Shown one piece after another: positions 13,532 through 27,339 of a DNA stretch of 64,000 bases. Origin of the DNA: Mobula hypostoma (Eukaryota); the NCBI RefSeq assembly GCF_963921235.1, contig NC_086105.1:119164001-119228000 (forward strand). Reading direction: 5' to 3'. A program made the position numbers and the translations under genes. How positions within the stretch are numbered: position 1 is the first letter of the stretch; every line of letters begins with the position of its first letter. The notes below the pieces were generated by a model. That model did not search any database, was not told where the DNA came from, and was given only the letters and a program-made list of their open reading frames with translations.

Positions 13532-14065
13532 TACTCAGTGGCCACTTCATTAAGTCTACCTGTACACCTACTCGTTAATGCAAACATCTAATCGGCTAAT
13601 CATGTGGCAGCAACTCAATGCATAAACACTTGCAGACACAGACAAGAGGTTCAGTTGTCGTTAGGACCGAACATCAGAGTGGGGAAGAAATGTGACCTCA
13701 GTGACATTGACTTTGGAATGATCGTTGGTGCTAGACAAGGGGTGGTTTGAGTATCTCATAAGCTATTGATCTCCTTCGATTTTCATGCAGAACAGTTTCT
13801 AGAGTTTACAGCCAATGGTGCGAAAAGCTAAAAAGATCCAGTGAGCAGCATTTTTGTTGGCAAAAGTGACTTGTTAATGAGAAAGGCTGCAGGAGAATGG
13901 CCAGGCAAGTTCAAGTTGCAACTCAAATAACTACGCATTAAAACTGTGGTGTATGAGCATCTGTGACTACGCAACATGTTGAACCTTGAAATGCGTTGGC
14001 TACAGAAGCAGAAGATCAGTAACATGCACTCAGTGGCCACTTGAATAAAGTGGCCACTGGGTGCA
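13532..14065 (+). mobile_element. Tc1 non-autonomous deletion derivative
   Basis: TIR ctcagtggccactt; decayed N-terminal HTH coding (GKKCDLSDIDFGMIVGAR...); 3' end carries a doubled TIR. Confidence 0.8.
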
Positions 14066-14136
14066 TAATGAATAAATCAATCTACTTTCAAAAGGGATGT
14101 TATCTTCCGCTAATAGAACTCCACGTGACATGGTGA

Positions 14137-14235
<99 letters not shown>

Positions 14236-16102
14236 TGATCCAAAGTTTTGGTTCATTATCTTGTACAACTTGCCAGTGTCACAGTTTATAACTTAAGCTG
14301 CTGGTGCCAATTCAAATTTATTCCAGGAGTTAAAGGCAGTAACAATTTCACAGGTGAGCTGTATTTATTTCTTCCTCAAGTACAAATTCTTTGCTCCCTG
14401 CTACTTACCCAAGGAGATGTGTGCTAACTTAATAAGACCAAGACAGGTATCTGAAGTAATTCCAGGGCTGTAATTGGTTCTATTGTTAGTAGGAGCACCC
14501 AGAAAAACAAAAAATTTTTATAACTATCATTTGCTAATGGATAATGATGTATACATCAAGAATATCCACTTGCTGTTTAACGAAAGGGCATTATTGGTAC
14601 AGAGAGGCTCTATTTTTTGAGATGTCTGTATAAACTGCTTTACATCTTGTAGGTTTTGTTGGTCAACTCATAACGTCAGCGTATCATTTATATAATTTTA
14701 TGCCTCAATCTTCAATGCAGTCAGTGACCTATTTTCCCTGTTGCTAATACACTACAATGTTTGAAAGTTTTAACTAGGACTGAACTGTGGTTTCAACTCT
14801 GCTAATATTGTGGCAGAATGAAGAAATTAATTATGTAGTTGCTTATTTTTCAGATGCATATTCTTTTACATTGGAATTAATTTCACATGCATAAATTAAT
14901 GATGTTCTTGTATCAGTAACATGATATGAAATGTTTGACAACTTGAATTTCAAATGGGCAAATACTATTATCATTATGGAATCAGACTTGCATAAATTTT
15001 AGATTATATCTTTAAGTCTCATTGTTTATTTATAACCTATAATAGAACGTTAAATGTCATCTTTGTTATGTATTTGTTTTATATTTACTGTTCATTGAGA
15101 TTACCTTTCTTTCTACTGTTGCAGTAAGATACTTTGTCCTTCCTTACTTTGGTATTCCTAATACTTAGTACTGAAGTCTACAGGTGACAATTTGCAGAGT
15201 CGCAATCGCAGCTTTTCTTGTTAATAAGAGGCACTTTTGGAGTTGATACCTGTTTTGCACCTAGTCTGATTTTGCTGACATTGAAACCCAATAACTGAGG
15301 TAGAGTTTTGGTTATTTCAGATCACTTAGATCTGTGCTGCATCTGCTACATATGACTTTAATATTGTTTGTTTGAAGATTGGATAAGGAACTTGATTGCA
15401 GGTTCATAAGTATTTGCATGTTTTGCAATTAGTTCTATTTGGCAATAACACAGTTCCTGAAGTTGCAAGAAATGGATTTTTTTTTTTTGCAAGTTATCTC
15501 TGCATATTTTGGAACCATTGCTGGATGTAATGGAAAGCAAATACATTTCACATGAGAGATTGACAGTGATATCAGTCGGAATGTGTTTGGCCTCCTTGGG
15601 TTGTTTCATTGGTGGTTTCAACTTGGACTTCAATATTTAAACCCAATGTTAAATTGGCATGTGAAGGGGTAAAGCTAGTTGTAGATGGAGTAGTGTCTAT
15701 AATTGGATATATTTGCACTGTTATATGAGGTTGGCTAGTGGTCACGACTTGTAAGGCAGATTTTATACCACTGTTTAAATGGAAACCTTACCACCATACT
15801 GTAAATTAATGTTTACTTAGGTTAGAGTCAACCCTGCTGCATAAATTAATACAGGTATAATTGGTCTAACATGCTGTTTGTTCTCCAAACAGATGTAAAA
15901 TAAGAGACTTGGAAATGATCTGAGACGACCAATTTCAGTACTAACAGGAAAAATAGAGAATCTCAGAAGCTAGTGAGGGTCCTTGAGAATTTTATTGACA
16001 CTCTGCCAATTCACTAAAACTACACATAACCATTCCTTATTGAGATAAATAGTATTGTCTTCCACTTAACCCTAGTGCAAACACTATCATAATATATGGC
16101 TA

Positions 16103-16854
16103 AAGACTATTTTCTAAACAGGAAGCAAATTCAGAAATTGAAGGTTCAAAAGGACTTGGGAATCCTAGTGCAGGAATCTCTGAAGGTTAACTTCAGGTTG
16201 AGTCAATAGTAAGGAAGGCAACTGCAATGTTAGCATTCATTTCCAGAGGACTGGAATATAAGCAAGTCTAAAATACTGAGACTTTGGCCGGGCTACATTT
16301 GGGGCATTGTGATAATATTTGAGTACCATATCTAAGGAAGGATGTGGTAGCATTGGAGAAGGTCAAGAAGGGGTTTCAGAGAATGATTTCAGTAATGAGA
16401 GGATAACATCTGAGGAGTGGTTGATGGCTCTGGGCATGTACTCACCGGAGATTAGAAGATTGAGGGGGCATCTCATTGAAACCACCTACTGAATTTTAAA
16501 ATGCATAGTTAGAGTGAATGTGGAGAGGAAGTTTTCAATGATTAGGAGAGTCTAGGGCCAGAGGGCACAGCCTCAGAATAGAAGGATGTCCCTTCAGAAC
16601 AGAATAAGGAATAATTTATTTAACCAGAGCATGGTGAAGCGTTTGAATTCATTGCCACAAATGGCTGTGTAGGCCAAGTCATTGTGTATATTTAAAGTGG
16701 AGGTTGATAAGTTCTTGATTAGTAAGAATGTTGAAGGTTACAGGGAGAAGGCAGGAGAATGGGGTTGAGAGGGAAAATAAATAAGCCATGATCGAATGGT
16801 GGAGCAGACACGATGGGCTGTATGGCCTAATTCTGCTTCTGTATCTTATGTTCT
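16103..16854 (+). mobile_element. CR1-type LINE 3' fragment
   Basis: Decayed RT C-terminus (KDLGILVQ; VRKATAMLAFISRGLEYK) and 3' end ggcctaattctgcttctgtatcttatg. Confidence 0.8.
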
Positions 16855-17139
16855 CCAAGATCTTTCTTTGTATTATCTTTCAATAATTTAATAAATGAAC
16901 AGTAATCTCACAACAATTGACTGGAGATACACTTTATCTTTAAAAAAAATCTCCTAATTTCTCTCTGATCAAAAGTGTACCCAAAATAACTGCCCTAAAG
17001 GTACAGAAATTGCTGGAGCTGCTGATGGGATAATAAGATTGTGGAGTGAAGATTAAGTAATTATGGCAAGGATTTGCTTTTCCCCACCCTTCAACGCTTT
17101 ACTTCTTGGAGTAAATAGAGAGAAATCTGAAATGAATTT

Positions 17140-18612
17140 GGAGGCTCCTCGAGCAATACGACATTGAAGCAGGCCATTCAGCCTGAATCCATGACGTCCC
17201 CATTGTCCACGTAGTTAGTTCTAATTTCCTATGCTCAACTCGTAGTCCTCCAGGCCCTTCCCCTCCAGGTATGTACCTAGAAATATAGAAAACCCACAGC
17301 ATGATACAGGCCCTTAGGCCCACAATGCTGTGCCAAACATGTACTTACTTTAGAAATTACCTTGGGTTACCCATAGCCCTCTATTTTTCTAAACTCCATG
17401 TACCTATCCAGGAGACTCTTAAAAGACCCTATTGTGTCCACAGTAGTTCTTGGGCCATAGTCTTCTGTGTCTTTGTTTTGGCTGTCCAAGTGCTTGCCCA
17501 CGTGCTTCTTAAATATTGTGTTGTAGCATCTTTAAAAAACAAGCAGTGCATTACAGGGTGGGAAATTTCTTTCTTAAGACACTTCTAGCCTCTTATCCCT
17601 TACCCTAACCCTGTGCCCTTTGACTTTGACACCTTTAAAAGAGAGAAAACGTTTCTTACCATATACCCCATCTATGCCTCTGAACACTTTTTATGCTTCT
17701 TAAATTATACTCTTGTACCGGCATCAAACACTTTCTCTGGGAGTTCATTTCATATTCTCACCACCTTTTGTGTGAAAAAAGCTGCTGTTCAGGTCCTTTT
17801 TAAATCTTTCCCCATCCAGCCTAAATTTATTCCCCTGCCCTGAGGAAAAGACTGTTAGTATTCACCTTATAATTTTAAATACTCCTATAAGGTTACCCCT
17901 TATTCTCCTATGTTTTAAGGAATAAAGACCAAGCCTGGTCCACCTCTCCCTACTCCTCAAGCTGTCCCATCCTGGCAACACCCTCATAAATCTTTTCTAC
18001 ACTGTTTGTAGCTTAACCACATCTTTTCTATAATAGGGTGACCAAGACTGTACATGCTAAACACCCTTTTCACCACTATGTCTACCTGAGATACAGCTTT
18101 TAATGAATTTTGCTCTTGTTCTCCTGGGTCCCTCTGTTCCATTGGACTCCCTAGCACCCCACCTTTCATAGCCCTACACTGGTTTTACTTTCCAATATGC
18201 ATCTCCTCACAGTATCTGTATTGCAATCCATTTGCTACTCCTTGGCCAAGATCCCCCAAAATTTACAATAATCTTCTTCACTGACAACAACAGTTCCAAA
18301 ATTTACTAATCAAGCTTTGTGAATTCACATACAAATCACTTATATAAATTCTGAATAACAAGCGTCCCAACACCAATCCTGTGACATACCACAAGTCACC
18401 AGTCTCTATTCTGAGAAACAACCTTCAAACACCAGTCTCTGCTTCCTAGTTCTGAGCCAAAGTACCGTATCTTCCAGACCAGTCTGTCATGCAAGACCTT
18501 GTTGAATGACTTGCATATCTATCCCCTTAGTATGCCCCTTATCTATCCATTTGGCTATCTCTTCAAAAAATGCTAAAAGATTCACCAAACATGACTTCCC
18601 TCACACAAATCC
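17140..18612 (-). mobile_element. Cluster of CR1-type LINE fragments
   Basis: Minus-strand GSPMEQRDPG-like RT C-terminus and several CR1-like 3' ends. Confidence 0.65.
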
Positions 18613-19729
18613 ATTGAACGGGAGGCAACAGTATCAACAAATTATCCAAAATCTCATCAAAATTAAGTATGAGTATTCTCAAATTAGCCAGTGAAAGTTA
18701 TATGTAAAATAAACAATATAATGAGTGACGAGAGAAATTAAGTCAAAATGGAAGCAGAAGGGTAGTGAAAGAAAGAGAGTGTATTTAGAAAGGAGCAAAC
18801 AATAATAATTAGCACAAGTAAGAAAATAGAATTATAAAACTTCAAGAAATAATCTAGACAAGCAAAATTAATACGCAAGTTTCATTTTCTTTCAAGATCA
18901 CAAATCACGTAATTAACAGGGTCCATGCAAGATAAATTATCCATTCATAAATGATTGTGCAAGAAATTATTTTGTGTTAATGAGACAAATCTAACAATTT
19001 CATTGAAAGCAACGGGGAGTTTCAGGTTAAAGCTGCAGACTATTACTGCAAGCAGATCTGCAGGCTCCTTCCCCTTCAGAAGCAGTGTTCAACACCATTT
19101 CCAGCTTTTTCTGATAATGAACTTGCATACAGCAAAACCTATACAACATTTGTTAAGCAGCAAGTAGTATTTACACTATAATAATCCCAGACAATAATCA
19201 TCTCCGATAAAAGAGAATCTAACAATAAATTCTCCTCTTGATTCCTTCACTAATTAACATCTTCTGAGCCAATTGTTCACTGGGCCAGCCACATACTGTA
19301 AATATTGTGGCCATGAGATGGTTGGAGGTTGAATACTCAGTGGTAAGTGACTTTCTCTCCACTTAGTATGATGTAGACAGAGCACTTGCCAATTGCCAAC
19401 AATACTTGTGTGATTTCACACTATCCAATTTGAAACAGCCTTCTTGATTAACACCCCACTCACCGTGTCCATGCCTATGGCATATAAATTCAGCATGCAT
19501 CTGATCTGGAATACACTGCGACAAGTTTTCATATTTTTCCCTACACCTTCCAAGCCATTGGTCTTTACCGTCTAAAGGACAAGGGCAGCAGATGCATGGA
19601 AATGTCACCTCCAAGTTGCAATACCCTCAATTTGATAAAGATTGTCATTCCTCCGTCATCACTGGGAGAAAATCCTAGAATGTTGCTAATTACAAAATGG
19701 CGGAGTATAAGCATTATATTATTACCCAA

Positions 19730-19965
19730 CTACCTTTCCCCTCTTTCCTGGACTTGCCCATTACCTGCCAGCTGGTGTTCCTACACCATCCCACTACCTT
19801 TTTATTTGGGCTTCTGCCCTCTTCCTCTCCAGTTTTGATGAACGGTCTCTTTGAAACATTGACTATTAATTTCCATCCATTATTGCTGCTTGAGTTTCTC
19901 AGCTCCTCCAGCATTTTGTGTGTGCTGACCCAAGATTTCCAGCATCTGCAGAATTTCTTGTGTCT
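19730..19965 (+). mobile_element. Penelope-like family A 3' fragment with degenerate hammerhead
   Basis: agtt-TTGATGA-acggtctcttt-GAAAC-att-gact at about 19831-19864, followed by the family 3' end. Confidence 0.75.
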
Positions 19966-20074
19966 CATATTATCGCTACTGCTGAGGTACTCCAATACCT
20001 CCTCTGCAACAATCTGTATATATTGGCATGGCCAGTGATACACACATCTCATGAGTTAAAATTGAACTTACAGA

Positions 20075-20280
20075 GCAGGGATCCTTCCAGCTTGTACCAC
20101 TCCCCCCACCCCCCAACCTTTTTATTGTGGCTTCTTCCCCCTTCCTTTCTAGTCCTGATGAAGGGTCACAGCCCAACTGTTTATTCATTTCCATAGATGC
20201 TGCCTGACCTGCTGAGCTCCTCCAGCATTTTGCGTCATGTGGCCCTCAATTTCCAGCATCTGCAGAATCCTTTGTGTTTA
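20075..20280 (+). mobile_element. Penelope-like family A 3' fragment with hammerhead lacking GAAA
   Basis: agtc-CTGATGA (20155-20161)-agggtcacagccc then deletion of GAAACGTC; family 3' end follows. Confidence 0.75.
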
Positions 20281-21316
20281 TTTTTTCTCCATATTTGTGA
20301 GCTTAACAGTGGAATGATACAAACAGTGACAGACATTGCGAATGTGCTATTATGTTTTGAGCCAAATTATTTTTCCTTTTTCTCTTACCATTGCCCCATT
20401 CTTATGGATGCTGCTTTTGTTGATTATCAATTAATCAACATGTTACATACTTTAAGTAATTTCCCAACCCCATGTTATGAATATTTAGTACCTACAGTAC
20501 TATTGCTTGCCCATCTTTCTATATTCTCATTGTCACGGAGCATCTCATCAAATTTGTCTCTGCCAACAGAACGTTTAAATTGTTCCAAAACGTGTTCAGA
20601 TTTTCTTCTTCCCTATAACTTTAACTCTGTTTTGCTCACAGCAATTATTAAAATTCTGGTCAAGAAAATAATCTGATCTACATGCTTCACTGAAAATCAA
20701 ACTGCTTTTTTGTCTTCAATTTATGAAAATGTTGTTTTTTAATTATGCAGTTTTTATGGTATATAAGGTAGCCAACTATAATATAATTACACTTAGTCCC
20801 TGATATTTTTTTGAAATTATGCAATGCAACTTGAATATAAAAACAAACAGTTGTTTTTCTTTCTCTGTTAACTGTTTGCATTAGTGCACATTTTTCTTTT
20901 ATAATGAGTGTATTAATTTTTTTCCCTCGTCAGTGTTCTTACTCAGTAATTTGATAACTACCTACATTGATGATAAAACTGATATTCATCAAGCTGTAAG
21001 TAGTTGCTATCTAATTGGCAACAGCGTGTGACACATTCAAGAACTGTTGTAAGTAATTTCACCGTGTTATGACTGTGTTTGTGGAAGTTAAATGCTGAGA
21101 TTTAAATGCTGGTAGTCAAACTGGATAGAGGAGTGAATTAATCCTAAACAAAATATTGTACATGTAAGTTGAAGCCAAGAATAATATTACAAGCGTGCAA
21201 GAAAATAGAACAGCATTTCTAGTTCAGCCTGTGTTTTTTATCTTTCACAACCATGATTTTAAATTATTGGAGCACCTTAAAACTGGATCGTCTGAAGTTG
21301 TGCCACTTCCCTCTTC

Positions 21317-22296
21317 CAATATTTTTATTAATTTTACATATAAGAATACAGAGTACAAGAAAAATATATATCAATACATTATACTAAATCACATATAAAG
21401 ACTTCTTACCCTATATTCATACAGATTAATTAATTTGTAACATTGAAATTTAGTAATTTTATTATATAAAAAATATCTAACCCACTACCAAAACCAAAGC
21501 TGATTAATAAAGAAAAAAAAAGGAAAAAACAATAGTCATCATCTGTGCTTTAACAGCAAATCAAAGATTTTGAAAATAATTCAAAAAAGATCCCCACAAT
21601 GTTTGAAAGTCTTGGCTAGATTCAGAGATTGAACATTGAATCTTCTCTAAATTTAAACATGACATCACATCACGTAACCATTGAGGGTGAATAGGAAGGG
21701 CCGCATCTTTCCATTTAGCAAGAGCGTCCTTCTGGCCATAAGAGAAATAAAAGCTAAAATGTGCAAGTCAGATAACTCCGAAATAATATCCTTTCCTCCA
21801 ACAATACCAAATAAAGCGGTTAAACGATTAGGCTTAAAGTTTACTTTGAAAAGTATCGAGAAAGTTTGAAGTACTTCTTTCCAATATTTTCCAAGACTCT
21901 GACATGTCCAAAACATATGAATGAGTGAAACTTCTCCATTATTGCATTTATTACAATACGGAGATATACCTAAATAAAAACGAGACAACTTATCCTTGGT
22001 CATATGGGCTCTCTGAACCACTTTAAATTGTAGGAGGGAGTGGCTGGCACATAACGATGAAGTGTTGACCAATTAAAAAATTTGATTCCAAGTTTTCTCA
22101 GAAATTGAAGTCCGCAAATCTTCTTCCCAAAGATTCTTAATTTTATCTAAATGAACATTTCTCATTCCCAGCAGCATATTATAAATATTAGATATAGATC
22201 CATTATAAAAAGGTTTCAAATTAAAAATTACATCTCATAGATTCTTATCAGGACTTTTAGGAAATGTACTTATTTGAGACTGTAAGAAATCTCTTA
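21317..22296 (-). mobile_element. L1-clade LINE 3' fragment (ORF2 zinc-binding domain plus A-rich 3' UTR)
   Basis: ORF 21665-22072: LLQFKVVQRAHMT...CNKC...SLIHMFWTC...YWKEV (zf-RVT-like CCHC). Confidence 0.85.
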
Positions 22297-24995
22297 CTGA
22301 GGCTACTTTCCTGCACTGAGACCAAGTAGCATGGCAGAACTGGTGAGTTTCAACATTGTATCACAATAAAGTGAGCCCTCCCATAAATAATCAAAAATAT
22401 CTGCGCTCATGTTCATACACTTCACAGCAAGAGCTAACAGGGAGTCGGGAACACAAATTCTGCTTAGATATTCTCCAACCTGCCCGTTAGTAATAAAGAC
22501 TCTGATTTGGCACCGTGATTGAAATCAGTCTACTCAGAACAGATCAGAAATGATATTTGAGAGTGTTCTTATCATCATATTCAAAATTAAAAGTGATAAG
22601 TTCAACGTTTTCTCTTATGGAAAACATTGCGTACTTCTCATGCTTGGTATCCTGGCAGTATCCATGATATCTCTCACTTTTCACGGTACTACTGATGAGC
22701 AGTATTATTTGGTGCAACACAGAACAGAGTTACCTACTGGGTCAGTGAAGAATCATTTAAATGTAATCCTAAATTAGCATTAATTATTAGCTACCTGTGT
22801 AAAAACAAATTCTGCATAAATGTAAAGTAGTAGTATGTTGTTATGATTTGCGAAAGAGCTTTTCAACTCAACTGTTTAAACAATGAAAAGTTTACCAGCT
22901 TACAAAAGGAAAAATGATACATCTGAGAAGAAACTGTTGATTTAAGACATCCTTAATCTTCATAAATAAGTTAAAAAAAAACAGGAGGTTATACAAAGCT
23001 GTCAGGGTGGCACTGATGAATGGTGATTTCAACAGTTCTCAATTGCCGGTGAAGACACACGCTGCAAGGCTTAACCACATAGTTCATCATATCTGCCAGC
23101 TCATTTTTGTGATTAAATATTCAGTCATAGCAGGCTGTATAGCTGTAAAGCTTAACAAGAATCCTGTGATGCACTACTTGAATATACATAACTCACTTTC
23201 TAGGATACTGAACTTCCCATGTGACAGAGCAGAGAGCAGAGAAGGGAGAGAGAAAATTGGAAGTGGGTGAAATGATTCATTGGCACATCATTAGTAGACG
23301 AATAGAGTAATGTAATACATAAGGTGTAACATGCATTGGTAACCTCAGTGAATATAAACTCGGCAAAAAAAGCATGACAAAATTAGCACAGAAACTTATT
23401 AAATAAGATTAAAATTTCAGTTTTTGGCAATAGTAATAATTCTAAATATATTTTCATCAGTTTACCTTTAATACAATATCTGAATTTCTAAATTAAAATT
23501 AATGATGAAAAATGGATTATTCTCATATACCTAAAAAGGTTTATTCCATAATTTCAAGAATAATGACAATTTTTCTTAAAGTTGTCAATACAAAAAGATG
23601 TGTTCTTTTTGATAAAATGCCACAGAAAAAATATTTTTTTTGTTATTTCTTCCATAACGTTTTTGAAACTCCAACATAATGCTTTGTGTGACTGAGCATA
23701 CGGATTAATCCCACAAACTTCTCAATCAGTGTGGTTCAGTGGAGCATGAACCCATTCCCATGAGGGAAATTATTGGAAAGATTGTCCTTCAGTATCAAAT
23801 CAGATTGGGTTTGTGAAATGACGAGTACATGAGCCAATCTTTTGAGTTTGGAAATTGATATCCTGTTTGTACTAAAGTGAAAAATGAAAGTCAGGATCTC
23901 TCAATGACTAATCATCGCAGGCAGGCAACAGGCAAGTATTATTTATTGTCCAATGCAAGTTGCTGCCGAAGCTAACATTTTCATTGTAATCAGCATTGAA
24001 ATACTCTTCCAGAGTGAAACATAAAGAAATTAGATTCAAGTGAACTACTGCCTTAACAGATTTTGTTTCTGAGATTATTGTGCTATCTCAGCAGTCATGT
24101 TGCTGAAGAAATGGACAACAAATTATTTACCTGATGGTAACATTCCAAGGAAATGTTAGAAATACTTAGATTGGATCATGTTGTGATGGTGCCTCTGTCT
24201 GGAATTTCCAGATGCAGGAGACTTGTCTTGCAGGCTCTCCATATCCACAAGCCCAGTGACTGAAGTCCAAGACATACGTCAGCATTAATGGTTGAACACT
24301 GTTGGTTAGATATGGAAGCTTCAGCCACAGTCAACATAGTCTGTTTTCAGTCTATTATCTCTGCTTTACACAGCAAAGTACTGATTTCAGGCATTTTGTA
24401 TATTAAAATGAGGAGGTAAATTCACATCTGTTCTTTCTTTCGTATATTTTATGTAACTACACTGAAAGTTCAAAAATCTAGTTACATAATCTTTTTGGGG
24501 GAGTTTTACTAGAATAATAGTTGTTTCTACAAAGTCAGAATATACAAAGGTAATATGTAATTACTATATACCTGGTCAAATAGACAACTATCCCAGCGTG
24601 ACATATTTAGAATCCATGTTGATGTTGTGTCGAGCAACTATTCTATGATGTAATTGTTGTGACTGATCGAAGTCACCAGAGAGACATTGAAGCTGATGTA
24701 TAGAAGTATTCATTCAGCAGAACAAACAGCCATTCTTCTGGAGATATTCTTGGTAGAGGCTCGCATACCCAAAGGTACATTACATTTTTATACCTTTAAC
24801 GTCAAAGGTAACAACAGCTGATACAATTTCAATAGTTACAATTGCATCATTTCCTTCAATATTTTGGATTGGCAATGTTTCCTTTCAATTAGATACACCT
24901 ATGAATGTTCAAGTACCTTTGTCACAAAGTAATTCACATAAATATAGTCTAAAAGCTTCTGGGGGCAGAAGTTCCAGACAACCAAAATTAATGTT

Positions 24996-25209
24996 AAACA
25001 CAAGAAATTTTGAAGATGCTGGAAATCCAAAGCAACACACATAAAATGCTGAAAGAACTCAGTAAGTCAAGCAGCATTTATGGGAATGAATAAACAGTTG
25101 ACATTTCTGGCCGCGACTCTTCTTCAGGACTGGAAAGGAAATATTGACTGTTTATTCCTTTCCGTAGATGCTGCCTAACCTGCATTTCATGCATTTTGTG
25201 TGTGTTGCT
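24996..25209 (-). mobile_element. Second Penelope-derived fold-back mini-element (family A), 214 bp
   Basis: 13-bp TSD CAAAATTAATGTT (24983-24995 and 25210-25222); inverted arms; hammerhead on the minus strand. Confidence 0.85.
25095..25132 (-). ncRNA. Minimal hammerhead ribozyme, near-intact
   Basis: Minus strand: cagtc-CTGAAGA-agagtcgcggcca-GAAAT-GTC-aactg. Confidence 0.55.
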
Positions 25210-27339
25210 CAAAATTAATGTTGTCAGGGCTGTTTCTGAGTATACAAATCAGGTAAGTATTCAAAAACTATTGATTGTCTATACCTGTGACCATGTTTAG
25301 TATGCTAAGTCTCAACATCCGTTAGAGGTGCCAGTTTAAATTCAGTCACAATGGTGCATATAATTTAGCCCATGTTGTCTGGTTTGATGTAAGCATATTA
25401 ACAGAATACCACCATTGATTTAACATTTGGCTCTGGTATATGCAATCTCTTAGTCTATGCCTTTAACTTCAATTTACTACCTGCATATTACAAAAAATCT
25501 GAAGGGAAATTTAAACCTTCCTGAACTTTTTTTACATTTATGATAATAACTGAAGCCTGGTTCTTGTTCGAGTTAATATCTACTATAGTCACATAACTCC
25601 AGAAAACTCCCTAACAGTAATCAGTCATCAACTGGTAATGGAGCTTAAATTCAGTGTATTTAGCATATTGTATCTTCCCAGAAAATTCCTATTTCATACT
25701 TTAACATTCTCCTTTTGCAATTCAAAAAAATAATTGCCATTCCATATACAAAAGTTTGTGGTAACATACCAAAATAAGTTTCTAAAATAAGACAACAGCA
25801 AACCCATTTCCTGTACATTATTGAAAAGCAATTGTTTCAGTGTTGGTTATAATAAGAATAGCCACCAATGAGATGCAGTAATGAACCACATGATTAGTTT
25901 GGGTTCGATCAGGGCTTATTCTACTCCTGAATAATTATAAACAGGTATAATGCTTATCTGGAATAACATGCTATTTGGATCAGAAGGATAGGCATTTTCA
26001 AGTGCAAGCTTGATATCTGTAAGAGAGACTGAAGTTATTGCAGCAGAAAAATGCACTTGAAATGTAAGGGTATGAGGAAAATTAAGCAGACAGTGTTAGA
26101 GTTCAACTTCCCTGGTTTAATTAAAGGCTCAAAAGGTAATTCTGTTGTTACCTTTTGACAAAGCTGAAGAGTAAGAAAGCTTTGGAGAATCCAGCAAAAA
26201 TGAAGTGAAATTATACCCATTTGTAGTAATGGCAAAGAAACTCTTTGGTGTTTGTTGCTGTGACATTAGTGAGCCGGTCCTTCATTGGCCACAAGATTGA
26301 TAACTGTCATGACCCCAGATACGGTCTTCTGCTGCAATCCAACTCCCAGCATTTCAGCCTGGTGAAGGCAGTATAGATTTTTTTCAATTTAAAAAAAATT
26401 TCTATTTTATTAGAAAGCCTTAAAAACATGAAGCCCTTTTTACATGGTTTGTAACAAAATTTTCAATAGTGTTCTCTGCTATAATTATAAATGAAGAATA
26501 CCTCAGGTGATGCCAAACTAATGTTTCATGTGGAATTTGATTCCATCTTCAATAGCTATAAAATAATTACATATTCCTTACCTAGTTTTTAAATTTCAGC
26601 TTGCATCTCAATCTTAAGTGCATGTCACAGTATTCTCCCTACAATGCAAAAAGGATATTAAAACCCTGTGTTTTGTATTTTCCTTCCTGTGAGTGTTCTT
26701 CAATGTGATTGGTTCCTTAATCTGCTCAATGACATCACTGATGGTCAACATCAGAGATCGCCTCCAGTTGAATGTAGAATGAAATAAGTGTCAAAAAAAG
26801 GTAAAATCCACAAACCAGAGTTAAGTTATTCGTATATGAGTAGCTATTTTTCAAATTTAGCAATGTCTTTGCACCTGTGTGTGATTCTATCTGACACAGA
26901 AGGTCAGTGTAATGAAGTGCGGTAGTAAAATGAAGTTTGCAAGCTGTTGTCCTTTGAGGCAGGCCTGTGGATTCAGGATATTGGAATGGTTTCAGAAGAA
27001 GCACTAAAACTAATAATAAGCACAGACAAAGCTGAAGTTACTGAAGTAACAGTCTCCGTCAGCAGAGTTAAATCATTTCTTCAACATGACAATTAGCATG
27101 TCCAGATAATTATTTCTGAATATATCTATTTGGAAAATTCCTCCATCCTGTTATTATCTGACACTGAACATTTTCAGTGGTTTGCTTCTAAAGGTCCTTT
27201 GCAACTCTTCTGCTGCATGAACCAGCTTGGATTCCAAAGTTGAGCCTCCTCTTTTTCATCCAAAAAAAGTCACTGACTGCAACAGGAAACCCAGAAGTCC
27301 ACCATAGGCAACTTTTAACCTGTATTGCAGGAAGGTGTA